Below are positions 18,735 through 28,131 of a DNA stretch of 64,000 nt, in pieces. The notes beneath the pieces are model-generated. The model ran no database searches. It was not told where the DNA came from and saw only the letters and a program-made list of their open reading frames with translations. Position 1 is the first letter of the stretch; every line of letters begins with the position of its first letter. The DNA is from Bacilli bacterium (lineage in GTDB: Bacteria; Bacillota_I; Bacilli_A; RF39; UBA660): NCBI GenBank assembly GCA_017626405.1, contig JAGAIS010000001.1, forward strand, positions 358,885 through 422,884, read 5' to 3'. Both the position numbers and the translations under genes were made by a program.

Positions 18735-20381
18735 ATGACTGATAAAGAACTAGCTAATGTAATATTTCCGAATATTACAAAGACGATAGAAGATTATGAA
18801 AAAATGTATCCAGAAAGAGAATTACCTGAAGGAGCAAAAGTTACTAGATTTGCTCCAAGTCCAACGGGATTCGTTCATATTGGTAATATTTTACAAGCTG
18901 TATTAGATTATTATCTAGCTAAGAATAGTGGAGGTATATTCTATTTAAGAAATGAAGATACTGATACTAAAAGAGAAGTATCGAGTGCTGTTGAGAAGAT
19001 AATGGATGCATTAAAATATATGGAAATGCTACCTGACGAATATGAATTTGATGGAAGTGTAGTTGGTAACTATGGACCTTATGTTCAAAGTGAAAGAAAA
19101 GAAATTTATCATACATTTATTAAACATTTAATTGAAATTGGAAGAGCTTATCCATGCTTCTGTACTTCTGAAGAATTAGAAATCATGAGAAAAAAACAAG
19201 AAGCTAAAAAAGGACGTATTGGTTATCATGGTGGATGGGCTAAATGCCGTGATTTATCTAATGAAGAGAGAATAGAAAGAATTAAGAATGGTGAAAAATT
19301 CGTTATTCGTTTTAAATCAATGGGTAACTATGATAGAAAGATTAACTATGAAGATTTAGTTACAGGAGTAATTGAATTTCCACAAAATGATGAAGACTTT
19401 GTCATTATGAAATCAGAAGATTTACTTCCTACATATCATTTTGCTCATTTAGTAGATGATCATTTGATGCATACGACTCATGTAGTTAGAGGACAGGAAT
19501 GGTTACCAAGTGTACCTAAACATGTCGAATTGTTTGAAACTTTTGGTTTTAAACAACCTAAATATATTCATAGCTCGCTTCTATTAAAACAAGATGGAAA
19601 TGTTAGAAGAAAGATAAGTAAGCGAAAAGATCCTGAAGCTTTAATGGAATATTATATGGAACATGGTTATCCAAGAGAAGCTGTTATTGAGTCACTCATG
19701 ACTATATTAAACAGCAACTATGAAGAGTGGAGAGATAGTAATCCGGAAGCTAATTATTTAGACTTTGAATTTGACCCTAAAAAAGTAGGAACAAGTGGAG
19801 CACTTTATGATTTAGAGAAATTAGATAACATATCAAAAAATTTAATATCGAGAATGAGTGCTGATCAAGTATATGATAATTTAGTTCATTATACGGAAAT
19901 ATATGATCCTGAATTTAATAAAATAGTTACTAATGATCCTGATTATACAAAAAGTATTCTAAATATTGAAAGAGTTCAGGATAAACCAAGAAAAGACTTT
20001 GCTAACTTCTCAGATATTAAGAAGGGTATTTGGTATATGTATGATGAGTTATTTGATAGTCCTGAATATGAATGGATGAAGATAACTGATATTGGAGAAA
20101 TAAAAAATATTTTAAATACATATATAGATGAATTCTATAGTGAGTCTGATACATCGGAAGAATGGTTCAATAAAGTTAAATTAATGTGTGATAAACTAGG
20201 CTATGCATCTAATATGAAAGAGTATAAACAAAATCCTGATGCTTATAAGGGAAATGTTGCCGATATCTCAACTGTATTGAGAGTTGCACTAACTAGTAAA
20301 TCTCAAACACCTGATCTTTATCAAATAATGAACATTTTAGGAAAGAATAGAATTGTTAATAGATTTAAAGATATTTCTTAG
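18735..20381 (+). CDS. gltX: glutamate--tRNA ligase
   Basis: RFAPSPTGFVHIGNILQAVLDY (HIGH region), LRNEDTDTKRE, KISKRKD (KMSKS-like). ATG at 18735 after GGAGG is preferred to the track start at 18684. Confidence 0.9.
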   Translation: MTDKELANVIFPNITKTIEDYEKMYPERELPEGAKVTRFAPSPTGFVHIGNILQAVLDYYLAKNSGGIFYLRNEDTDTKREVSSAVEKIMDALKYMEMLPDEYEFDGSVVGNYGPYVQSERKEIYHTFIKHLIEIGRAYPCFCTSEELEIMRKKQEAKKGRIGYHGGWAKCRDLSNEERIERIKNGEKFVIRFKSMGNYDRKINYEDLVTGVIEFPQNDEDFVIMKSEDLLPTYHFAHLVDDHLMHTTHVVRGQEWLPSVPKHVELFETFGFKQPKYIHSSLLLKQDGNVRRKISKRKDPEALMEYYMEHGYPREAVIESLMTILNSNYEEWRDSNPEANYLDFEFDPKKVGTSGALYDLEKLDNISKNLISRMSADQVYDNLVHYTEIYDPEFNKIVTNDPDYTKSILNIERVQDKPRKDFANFSDIKKGIWYMYDELFDSPEYEWMKITDIGEIKNILNTYIDEFYSESDTSEEWFNKVKLMCDKLGYASNMKEYKQNPDAYKGNVADISTVLRVALTSKSQTPDLYQIMNILGKNRIVNRFKDIS

Positions 20382-20395
20382 AAATATCTTTTTTC
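20367..20395 (+). terminator. Rho-independent terminator overlapping the gltX stop
   Basis: AAAGATATTTC / GAAATATCTTT stem, 3-nt loop, T run. Confidence 0.6.
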
Positions 20396-20489
20396 TTTTA
20401 TATGTTTGATTTTTGTGGTATAATAATTTTATAGTAGGGGTGCTAGAAGAAATAGTTAAGTAATTTATTTATTTTGAGGATGTGATATT

Positions 20490-21341
20490 ATGAAATGTAA
20501 AAAATGTGGATGTGATTTAGAGGTTAATGATAAGTTTTGCTATAATTGTGGTGAAATTGTTGAAAATAATATAGAGCAAACAGAAATTAAGGAACCTATT
20601 TTTCCTGATGCTAAAGAAGCTCCATTGCCAGGTACTAGTAGTTCTAATGTAAAAAGTGATGATACTTCAACTTCTATCGAAGAATCTAAAGTAGAATCAG
20701 CTCAAGAAAAAATAGTTGTTGAAGATAAAAAACAAACTGATGAAAAAGATAAAAAGAAAAAATCTAATCCATTAGTACTTGTTATAATTGTCGTATTAGC
20801 TATTACAGCAGCTATTCTATTATTTATTTTGCTATATGGAACTGAAGGTTTAAAAATGGCTAGTAAAACAACAACTACTACATCAACTACAACAACTACG
20901 ACGACAACGACAAAAAAAGCATTACTTACTAACGAACATGTTATTGATTCAATAAAAATAACAGTTCCAAGTGACTGGACATATCTTGATAATACGAGCG
21001 ACTCAGGAACTATAGTTAGTCAAACTGTAGGATTACAAATTAATATTTCACCAATGAATTCGATGAACTTTGAAAATGTTAAAAATGATCAAACTATAAT
21101 AGATAATAATTTAGTAGAAAAGGGAATTCAAATATTAAACAAGAATATTATTTCTTTTGAGGGAAAAGAATATTTATATTATGAAGTAGTAAGTAATAAT
21201 ACAAATCAAGTTTTTCTATTTACAAGTATCAGTAATGGCAATACTATTAGATTTGAAATACCTACACCAAATGCAGATTATAATATAGCAATGCCTTTTG
21301 TTAACTCAATTGCAACTAGTGCAGAAATATATAACCAATAA
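20490..21341 (+). CDS. zinc-ribbon membrane protein with Thr-rich linker
   Basis: N-terminal CxxC...CxxC (KCKKCGCDL..FCYNCG), acidic region, TM helix (LVLVIIVVLAITAAILLFILLY), TTTTTSTTTTTTTTT linker (nt 20868-20912), then a ~140-aa extracytoplasmic domain. Confidence 0.65.
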   Translation: MKCKKCGCDLEVNDKFCYNCGEIVENNIEQTEIKEPIFPDAKEAPLPGTSSSNVKSDDTSTSIEESKVESAQEKIVVEDKKQTDEKDKKKKSNPLVLVIIVVLAITAAILLFILLYGTEGLKMASKTTTTTSTTTTTTTTTKKALLTNEHVIDSIKITVPSDWTYLDNTSDSGTIVSQTVGLQINISPMNSMNFENVKNDQTIIDNNLVEKGIQILNKNIISFEGKEYLYYEVVSNNTNQVFLFTSISNGNTIRFEIPTPNADYNIAMPFVNSIATSAEIYNQ

Positions 21342-21344
21342 AAT

Positions 21345-21370
21345 AAAAAGTGTCTTATGACACTTTTTTT
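21345..21370. terminator. bidirectional terminator between convergent genes
   Basis: AAAAAGTGTC ttat GACACTTTTT perfect 10-bp stem flanked by A and T runs. Confidence 0.7.
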
Positions 21371-22134
21371 AGTATATCTAAAGTATGATAACCACTACCT
21401 AGTAATTCAGGTCTTTCACAAATAGAAAGATTGTATTTAATAAATTCTGTGTATTCTTCATCGGATAGAGAATTGACCATGTCTCTTAAGTGATTAGCAA
21501 TTCCGTCCGGATTAATAATCTTAATTCTCTCTAGTTTTAGTGAGTTATTAAATTCATTAATATCTTCTAATCGTACAAAGCGATATAGATCAGTTTCTCT
21601 TGGAGTTATATTGTAATTTTCATCTACTAATCCATTCTTAATAGATTCTATGATGGCATGTTCTTTAAATCCATGATTAATGATAGCAAAGTCATTCATG
21701 CAGTAGGCGACAAAGATGATACCATTTTCTTTAGTTATCCTCTTTGCTTCTCTTAGGGCGCTTATTAATTCTTCATTTTTAATTAAATGATACATTGGTC
21801 CAAGTAGAAGTGTTACATCAAAAGTATTATCATCTAACATATTTAAGTTTGTAGCATTTGCATGAATAGTTTTAATACCTTTTTCTTCGATCTTTCTCAC
21901 ATTATGTTTAATTAATTCAACTGCTGTCACTTCATGACCCAAATCACTTAATTCTTTTGAATAAACACCGGAACCAGCCCCGATATCACATATTTTATCT
22001 CCAGCATTTAAAAACTTTTTTATATATGTCATAGTAATGTAAAATTCTAAATATCCATGTCTTGTCTTTAATCTTTTATCTTCATTGAATTTATTATAAT
22101 AATTAATTAAATTGTTTTCATTCATATATTTCAC
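21355..22134 (-). CDS. class I SAM-dependent methyltransferase
   Basis: Motif I ICDIGAGSGVYSKEL, acidic post-I (VTAVEL), later FDVTLLLGPMYHL. Confidence 0.8.
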   Translation of the reverse strand: MKYMNENNLINYYNKFNEDKRLKTRHGYLEFYITMTYIKKFLNAGDKICDIGAGSGVYSKELSDLGHEVTAVELIKHNVRKIEEKGIKTIHANATNLNMLDDNTFDVTLLLGPMYHLIKNEELISALREAKRITKENGIIFVAYCMNDFAIINHGFKEHAIIESIKNGLVDENYNITPRETDLYRFVRLEDINEFNNSLKLERIKIINPDGIANHLRDMVNSLSDEEYTEFIKYNLSICERPELLGSGYHTLDILKKVS

Positions 22135-22240
22135 CTGTATTTATAATAATCAAAATATATATATTTAACAAGTTATAAATATAATAAGTGAATAAAACAA
22201 CTTTTTTTCAACCATTATAAAGTTGAAAGGAGTTACTTAT

Positions 22241-23014
22241 ATGGGTAATTATAAAGTAAGCATAAATGGTATTAATACGAATAATCTAACTGTATTGACT
22301 AAAAAAGAGACTGATGAATTGTTTACTAGATATCATAATGGAGACTTAACTGCTAAAGAGGAGTTGATAAATGGCAATTTAAAATTAGTTCTATCAATTA
22401 TTAAAAAATATAATAATGGCAAAAACGATATGAATGATCTGTTTCAAGTAGGATGTATTGGCTTGATCAAAGCAATTGATAACTTTGATTCATCATTAAA
22501 TTTAATGCTTTCAACTTACGCTGTTCCATTAATTATCGGGGAAGTTAAAAGACACTTGAGAGATTCAACTAATCTAAGAATTACGAGAAGTATAAGAGAT
22601 TTAGCTTATAACATTATGAAGTTTAAAGACAAATATTTTGAAGAGAATGGTGTAGAGCCCACTAATGATGAGATAGTTTCAGCTTTAAATATAACTGAAT
22701 ATGAATTGAGAGAGGCGTATGACTCTTGTGTTGAACCAGCTAGTATATATGATCCCATATATAATGATGGAGGAGATACGATATATCTTCTCGATCAGAT
22801 AGCAGATAAGAATGTCGATAGTAATCGCGATGATATAATAGCTTTAAGAAAAGCTCTAAAACAGATAAAGAGTAGAGAGAGGGATATTTTAGTGAAACGC
22901 TATATAGTTGGGAAGACACAAATGGAACTTGCATCAGAGCTTGGAGTTAGTCAAGCACAAATATCGAGGATAGAAAAGTCTGCAATTAAAAACGTTAAAA
23001 AACTGATTAAATAG
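22241..23014 (+). CDS. sigma-70 family sigma factor, SigF/SigG-like (sporulation/stress group 3)
   Basis: Region 2 DLFQVGCIGLIKAIDNFD and LSTYAVPLIIGEVKRHLRD (compare the FSTYAVPMIIGEI.R.LRD I recall in SigF/G). Region 4 HTH QMELASELGVSQAQISRIEKSAIKNVK. ATG at 22241 after AAAGGAG. Confidence 0.82.
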   Translation: MGNYKVSINGINTNNLTVLTKKETDELFTRYHNGDLTAKEELINGNLKLVLSIIKKYNNGKNDMNDLFQVGCIGLIKAIDNFDSSLNLMLSTYAVPLIIGEVKRHLRDSTNLRITRSIRDLAYNIMKFKDKYFEENGVEPTNDEIVSALNITEYELREAYDSCVEPASIYDPIYNDGGDTIYLLDQIADKNVDSNRDDIIALRKALKQIKSRERDILVKRYIVGKTQMELASELGVSQAQISRIEKSAIKNVKKLIK

Positions 23015-23114
23015 GTACGTTGTAAGGAAAGTGACAACAATACTCGAAAATTGTAATAAATAATCTATTATTTATGATATAATTTTATTAGGTATTATAG
23101 AAGGAAGTGAAAAT

Positions 23115-24323
23115 ATGGGATTAATTAGTGCTGCAACAGGATCAATATCTAATGTTGTAGGAGATCAATTTAAAGAGTATGTCACTTGTCCAACGAGTGA
23201 TAAAAGTGTTTTAGTTGCTAGAGGTACAGTAAATCATGGAGATGCTAACTCTAATCCAACTGAAGGAGTTATAACAAATGGAAGTAAGATTGTCGTTCCA
23301 TCCGGATATGCTATGATGATTGTTGATAATGGAGCAATCAAAGAATTTACTGCTGAGCCTGGAGAATTTATTTGGGATACATCTAGTGAACCAAGTATAT
23401 TCGAAGGAGGATTCTTCAAAGGAATAGGAGATTCAATTAAGAAAATTGGAGATCGTATTACTTATGGTGGACAAGCTGCAAGAGATCAAAGAGTTTACTA
23501 TGTTAATTTATTAAATATTACAGGAAATAAATACGGATCATCAAATCCTCAAACTATATATGATGTTTTATATGGATCTGTAGAAGTTACTTTCCATGGA
23601 GAATATTCATTTAAAGTTGTCGATCCAACAGTTTTAGTTGCTAATTTAATTGGTGCTAATCCTGCTGATACAATTACTGTTGATGAAGTAGTTGGTGGAC
23701 AATTAAAACAAACTTTTGCAAATAATGTTACAGTTTGTATAAGTGATTTAATGACAAAGAATAACATTTCATTTAATCAAATTCAAAGTTATTTAAATGA
23801 AGTAGTTAGTAAGATGAATAATTTACTTGATGATTCTTGGAGAGCTCAATATGGACTTGAAATTCAAGATTTATCATTAAATATTGTTCCTACTGAAGAA
23901 TCTCGTCAAATAATGAGAGAAGCAGATTCAGAAATTTCACGTGAAAAACGTAGAGGAGATTTGTATGCTTCAAATCCAAGTGGTTTAATGGCTGCTGCTA
24001 CTGCTGATACTATGCGTAATGCATCAAGTAATGAAAACGGTGCTATGATGGGATTCATGGGAATGAATATGGCTCAAAATGCTGGTGCTAATGTTATGAG
24101 TGCTGCTAGTCAAATGACTCCAACAGAACCTCCAGTATCACCAACACCAAATCCTGTTGGTGGAGTAGTTATGAATGAATCAGTTCCAGTTAAGGAATCG
24201 ACTCCAACAGTTGCACCTGATGCTTCAGCTGCAGAGCAAACTACTGATGCAAAATTCTGTAGTCAATGTGGATCACCAGCAAAAGGTAACTTCTGTTCAT
24301 CTTGTGGAGCAAAGTTAAACTAA
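23115..24323 (+). CDS. SPFH-domain protein with C-terminal zinc ribbon (YdjI-like)
   Basis: N-terminal MGLISAATG..VGDQFKEYVTCP, Met/Gly/Asn-rich segment (AMMGFMGMNMAQNAG), C-terminal FCSQCGSPAKGNFCSSCGAKL. This architecture matches B. subtilis YdjI as I recall it. Confidence 0.75.
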   Translation: MGLISAATGSISNVVGDQFKEYVTCPTSDKSVLVARGTVNHGDANSNPTEGVITNGSKIVVPSGYAMMIVDNGAIKEFTAEPGEFIWDTSSEPSIFEGGFFKGIGDSIKKIGDRITYGGQAARDQRVYYVNLLNITGNKYGSSNPQTIYDVLYGSVEVTFHGEYSFKVVDPTVLVANLIGANPADTITVDEVVGGQLKQTFANNVTVCISDLMTKNNISFNQIQSYLNEVVSKMNNLLDDSWRAQYGLEIQDLSLNIVPTEESRQIMREADSEISREKRRGDLYASNPSGLMAAATADTMRNASSNENGAMMGFMGMNMAQNAGANVMSAASQMTPTEPPVSPTPNPVGGVVMNESVPVKESTPTVAPDASAAEQTTDAKFCSQCGSPAKGNFCSSCGAKLN

Positions 24324-24330
24324 TTAATTA

Positions 24331-24357
24331 AAACAACATCATTGATGTTGTTTTTTT
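24331..24357 (+). terminator. Rho-independent terminator
   Basis: AAACAACATC att GATGTTGTTT followed by a T run. Confidence 0.7.
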
Positions 24358-24404
24358 ATATAATAATTTTTGCTGTATTCTAATATAATTTATTGGTGAA
24401 TTAT

Positions 24405-24632
24405 ATGCGTGTAAGTGACTTGCAGAGCAAAGAAGTAATTGCTCAAAATAATGGGAAAAATATTGGCAAAATAATAGATATTGATATATTGGAAAATGGC
24501 AAAATTAATTATTTTGTAGTTGAACCGAAGAAGTTTTTAAAAAAAATTAATATATATAATAACGAAACATGTATAAAATTGGAACAAATAGTTAAAATAG
24601 GGGAAGATGTGATACTTGTAGATTTGCATTAA
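24405..24632 (+). CDS. ylmC: PRC-barrel protein, YlmC/YmxH family
   Basis: MRVSDLQSKEVIAQNNGKNIGKIIDIDILENGKINYFVVE. Small size (~75 aa) typical of the family. Confidence 0.72.
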   Translation: MRVSDLQSKEVIAQNNGKNIGKIIDIDILENGKINYFVVEPKKFLKKINIYNNETCIKLEQIVKIGEDVILVDLH

Positions 24633-24662
24633 ATAAGGTATAATTTTTAGTGGGTGCACAAT

Positions 24663-25121
24663 ATGAATAGAAAAACAGTTATAATTGGTATTATTGCATT
24701 AGTTATTGATCAAATAACAAAATCATTAATGCAAATTTATGATGTACACTTTAATATTATAAATGAATTTTTAAGATTAAACTATATACAGAATACGGGA
24801 GCTGCTTGGTCTATTCTTGAAGGTAAGCAGTATTTATTAATAGGAATAACTATTCTCATGTTAATTTTAGTTTATAATATGTCTTTTTCATATGATAATA
24901 ATAAATTGAATAATTTTACCTTCGGAATTCTCTTTGGAGGTATTATTGGCAATTTATTCGATCGTGTTCTTTATGGAATGGTAAGAGATTTTATCGATAT
25001 TAATGTATTTGGGTATAATTTTCCAGTATTTAATATAGCCGATATGTTAATTGTATTGGGTGTAGTAATATTATTAATATCGACATTTAAAGGGGAATTG
25101 AAAAAATGGAAATTGAAGTAG
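24663..25121 (+). CDS. lspA: lipoprotein signal peptidase II
   Basis: NTGAAWSIL, VRDFID and FNIADM motifs; four TM helices. Confidence 0.9.
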   Translation: MNRKTVIIGIIALVIDQITKSLMQIYDVHFNIINEFLRLNYIQNTGAAWSILEGKQYLLIGITILMLILVYNMSFSYDNNKLNNFTFGILFGGIIGNLFDRVLYGMVRDFIDINVFGYNFPVFNIADMLIVLGVVILLISTFKGELKKWKLK

Positions 25122-25996
25122 TAGAAAATGTAGATAGAATAGATAAATACTTGACTAATTATGTAGATTTTTCAAGAACGATTATTTCTAAGATGATCGA
25201 TAGTGAATATATATTAGTTAATGGAAAGAAAGTAAAAGCTAATTATGTCGTTAAAGTTGGAGATATAATAACTGTTAAGGATGGATTTATCGAACCACTT
25301 GATATTAAGGCAGAAAATATCCCAATTGATATTCTTTATGAAGATGACGATATAATTGTTGTCAATAAAGCATCCGGTATGGTCGTACATCCGGGAAGTG
25401 GAGTAAGAGAACATACTCTAGTTAATGCCCTAATGTATCACACTAATTGTCTATCAGATATAAATGGAGAAGTAAGACCGGGAATAGTTCATCGTATCGA
25501 TAAAGACACTAGTGGACTTATGGTAGTTGCCAAGAATAATAAGAGTCATGAAATATTGGGCAATATGTTAGCTCATCATGATATTAAAAGAGAATATATT
25601 GCACTAGTTAAGGGAGTATTCCCAAACGAAACTGCTTCGATAGATGCTCCAATTGGAAGAGATAAATTAAACCGCAAAAAGATGGCAGTAACAAAGGAAA
25701 ACTCTAAGAATGCAATAACACATTTAAGAGTCATTAAGAGATATAAAGACTTTACTCTATTGAGATTAAGACTTGAGACAGGAAGAACACATCAGATTAG
25801 AGTTCATCTAGCTTATATTGGATATCCAGTCTATAATGATCCAGTATATACTAGTGACAAAACAACTGAGTTCGGTCAATTTCTTCATTCTGCCAGTATC
25901 GATTTTAAACATCCAATAACAGGTAAAGATATGCATTTTGAAGTTCCACTACCTAATGATTTCCAAGTATTTATTGATTCTTTAGAAGAATTGTAA
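25106..25996 (+). CDS. rluD: 23S rRNA pseudouridine synthase, RluD subfamily
   Basis: S4-like N-terminus, catalytic HRIDKDTSGLMVVAK, GRTHQIRVHL. Overlaps the lspA end by 16 nt. Confidence 0.9.
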   Translation: MEIEVVENVDRIDKYLTNYVDFSRTIISKMIDSEYILVNGKKVKANYVVKVGDIITVKDGFIEPLDIKAENIPIDILYEDDDIIVVNKASGMVVHPGSGVREHTLVNALMYHTNCLSDINGEVRPGIVHRIDKDTSGLMVVAKNNKSHEILGNMLAHHDIKREYIALVKGVFPNETASIDAPIGRDKLNRKKMAVTKENSKNAITHLRVIKRYKDFTLLRLRLETGRTHQIRVHLAYIGYPVYNDPVYTSDKTTEFGQFLHSASIDFKHPITGKDMHFEVPLPNDFQVFIDSLEEL

Positions 25997-26031
25997 TATT
26001 ATAGTAGTACTGTTGAAAGGAATATAAAAGT

Positions 26032-27168
26032 ATGAGTAGTTTAAATTTAACTAAAATAGATGAAATTACAATGAGATTAATTCATTATTTTATTACAAAA
26101 GAAAACTATCAACCAATAGTAGTAAAAGGTTTAGATAATGAAATATGGCTTGAAAATATTGAGAAACCTTATAAAGTAATAAGAATAAGTAGTAATTATA
26201 TTCATAACAATGAACAATTAGATTATGATATATTCAAAACTAAAGCAGTTGTAAAACAGATAAAGAGAAAAATGTTATCTTTTAAAACTAACACACTCAA
26301 TATTTTGCTTAATGTAGGAGACAATGTCAATGTTGATAAAAATGTTAAAAATATGGAATATATAACTGTTAACAATGTATCTGAACTTACTGAAAAGTCT
26401 AAAGTTTTAGAGTTATTTCCAGCTCTTAAGAATGATGAAGTAGAAGGATCTAATGATATGGACTTCTTCTTAAATGTTACTCAAGATATCAATGAATCAA
26501 CAGAGAAGAAGAATAAACTATATGAAAAGACATTCAAAAAGAAGAGAATAGTTGTTACATATGCTCTAATAGTATTAAATATAATTATCTACTTCCTATC
26601 GATGTCTGGAATTATTGATTTAAATTTATTTGCTATGAATGGCGCCTTAGTTTCAGATAATCATGAATGGTGGAGAATTATTACATCGATGTTCTTTCAT
26701 GGTAGTATTATTCATTTATTCTGTAATATGTATTCACTTTATGTCATTGGAGTAGAATTAGAAACTGTTATAGGCAAATGGAAGTTTATGGCCGTATATT
26801 TAATAAGCGGAATAGTATCTAGTTTGTTGAGTGGAGTAATAAATGGAGAATTAATATATAGTATAGGTGCTAGTGGAGCTATATTTGGACTCATGGCATC
26901 ATTACTATACTTTGGTAATCATTATCGATTATATTTGAGTAATATAATGACTCATCAATTAGTCCCAATAATATTAATTAACTTAGCAATAGGTTTTAGT
27001 TTACCTTATATTGATAACTGGGCACATATTGGTGGTTTAGTTGGTGGATTATTTTCAAGTATGATTGTTGGAATCGAAGGTAAAACGGATAAGAAAGATA
27101 CTATCAATGGAATTATTTTAACAACTATATTAATAGTTTTCTTAATTTTTATGTTATTTAATAAATAA
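26032..27168 (+). CDS. rhomboid family intramembrane serine protease
   Basis: WWRIITSMFFHGSIIHLFCNM, catalytic GASGAIFGL and HIGGLVGG. Cytoplasmic N-terminal domain of ~170 aa. Confidence 0.85.
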   Translation: MSSLNLTKIDEITMRLIHYFITKENYQPIVVKGLDNEIWLENIEKPYKVIRISSNYIHNNEQLDYDIFKTKAVVKQIKRKMLSFKTNTLNILLNVGDNVNVDKNVKNMEYITVNNVSELTEKSKVLELFPALKNDEVEGSNDMDFFLNVTQDINESTEKKNKLYEKTFKKKRIVVTYALIVLNIIIYFLSMSGIIDLNLFAMNGALVSDNHEWWRIITSMFFHGSIIHLFCNMYSLYVIGVELETVIGKWKFMAVYLISGIVSSLLSGVINGELIYSIGASGAIFGLMASLLYFGNHYRLYLSNIMTHQLVPIILINLAIGFSLPYIDNWAHIGGLVGGLFSSMIVGIEGKTDKKDTINGIILTTILIVFLIFMLFNK

Positions 27169-27198
27169 AAAAAGTTTCGAGTGATTTCGAAACTTTTT
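27169..27198. terminator. bidirectional terminator (rhomboid / lexA)
   Basis: AGTTTCGA gtgatt TCGAAACT stem flanked by A and T runs. Confidence 0.7.
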
Positions 27199-27203
27199 AT
27201 TTT

Positions 27204-27839
27204 TTAGATTTTTCGATATAGACCAATAGCTTTTCCTAAAATAACACAGTTTTTTACAATGATTGGCGACAATTCATCATTTTCTGGCTGTAGGCGAATA
27301 TGATCATTTTCCTTATAAAATCTCTTTAGTGTTACTTCGCCTTCATCAGTCATGGCAACAACGATTTCACCATTTCTAGCAACACTTTGCTTTTGTACGA
27401 TAACAATATCGCCATCAAATATACCTGCATTAATCATCGAGTCTCCTGAACACAAAAGAGTAAATATCGATTCTCTAGCAGGGATTAGAGATGCTGGTAG
27501 AGAAAAGTATTCATTAGGATTTTCTATAGCTTCAATAGGATTACCACAAGCAACTTTTCCAAGTAGTGGCACACTTACAACATCTTCCGTATCCTTCTCT
27601 TCAAATTCATTTTCAACTAGTAATTCAATAGTTCTAAATTTAGAGTTTTGCTTTCTTATGAATCCTTTAGATTCTAATTCTTTCAAATGAGTATGAGCAG
27701 TTGCTGGACTAGATAATCCCATACCAGCACATATTTCTCTTACTGAAGGTGGGAACCCATGAGCAACCATATATTTTTTAATAAATTGTAAAGTCTCTTC
27801 TTGTTTTTTAGTTAAATCTTTATGAGCTTTATTTGCCAT
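27204..27839 (-). CDS. lexA: LexA repressor
   Basis: wHTH N-terminus (FPPSVREICAGMGLSSPATAHTHLKELESKGFI), cleavage-site region GKVACGNP, S24 peptidase motifs GDSMINAGI (Ser) and VTLKRF (Lys). Confidence 0.93.
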   Translation of the reverse strand: MANKAHKDLTKKQEETLQFIKKYMVAHGFPPSVREICAGMGLSSPATAHTHLKELESKGFIRKQNSKFRTIELLVENEFEEKDTEDVVSVPLLGKVACGNPIEAIENPNEYFSLPASLIPARESIFTLLCSGDSMINAGIFDGDIVIVQKQSVARNGEIVVAMTDEGEVTLKRFYKENDHIRLQPENDELSPIIVKNCVILGKAIGLYRKI

Positions 27840-27859
27840 ATCATATTCCTCCTAAAATA

Positions 27860-27888
27860 ATAATACCAAACAAGTGTACAAATGTCAA
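27860..27888 (-). promoter_or_regulatory. lexA promoter
   Basis: On the minus strand: TTGACA (27888-27883), 17 nt, TATTAT (27865-27860). SOS-box cores overlap the -35 and the spacer. Confidence 0.6.
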
Positions 27889-27898
27889 ACAAATGTTT
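27874..27898. promoter_or_regulatory. two adjacent LexA (Cheo-type) operator-like sites
   Basis: gtACAAATGTcaaACAAATGTtta. The second site, CAAACAAATGTTTA, matches 12/14 of CGAACRNRYGTTYC with AAAC-N4-GTTT dyad symmetry. Confidence 0.65.
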
Positions 27899-27924
27899 AA
27901 TTTTAAAATATGAATAATTTTTAC

Positions 27925-27953
27925 TTGATACGAACAAATGTATGTAATAAAAT
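27925..27953 (+). promoter_or_regulatory. promoter of the small divergent ORF
   Basis: TTGATA (27925-27930), 17 nt, TAAAAT (27948-27953). The spacer contains the third SOS box. Confidence 0.6.
27931..27944. promoter_or_regulatory. LexA (Cheo-type) operator
   Basis: CGAACAAATGTATG matches 12/14 of CGAACRNRYGTTYC. It is the third copy of the ACAAATGT core in this intergenic region. Confidence 0.7.
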
Positions 27954-27978
27954 TGAATTGTAGAAAGGAGTGATACTT

Positions 27979-28122
27979 ATGTTGGAAAAACTAAAAGAAT
28001 GGAGAGGAGGAATTTTATTATTCTTGAGTTTGGTCTTAATGTTCAATATTTATCTCGATCGAGTAAATGAACTAAATTCAATAGAAGATCAAACTAGAAT
28101 AGCTTATTATGAAAATAATTAA
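27979..28122 (+). CDS. 47-aa single-pass membrane peptide, candidate SOS-induced cell-division inhibitor (YneA/SosA-analogous position)
   Basis: Absent from the ORF track (<60 aa). AAAGGAG SD lies 8 nt upstream. Own translation: MLEKLKEWRGGILLFLSLVLMFNIYLDRVNELNSIEDQTRIAYYENN. Has its own promoter, SOS box and terminator. Confidence 0.5.
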   Translation: MLEKLKEWRGGILLFLSLVLMFNIYLDRVNELNSIEDQTRIAYYENN

Positions 28123-28131
28123 AAGTTAAAG

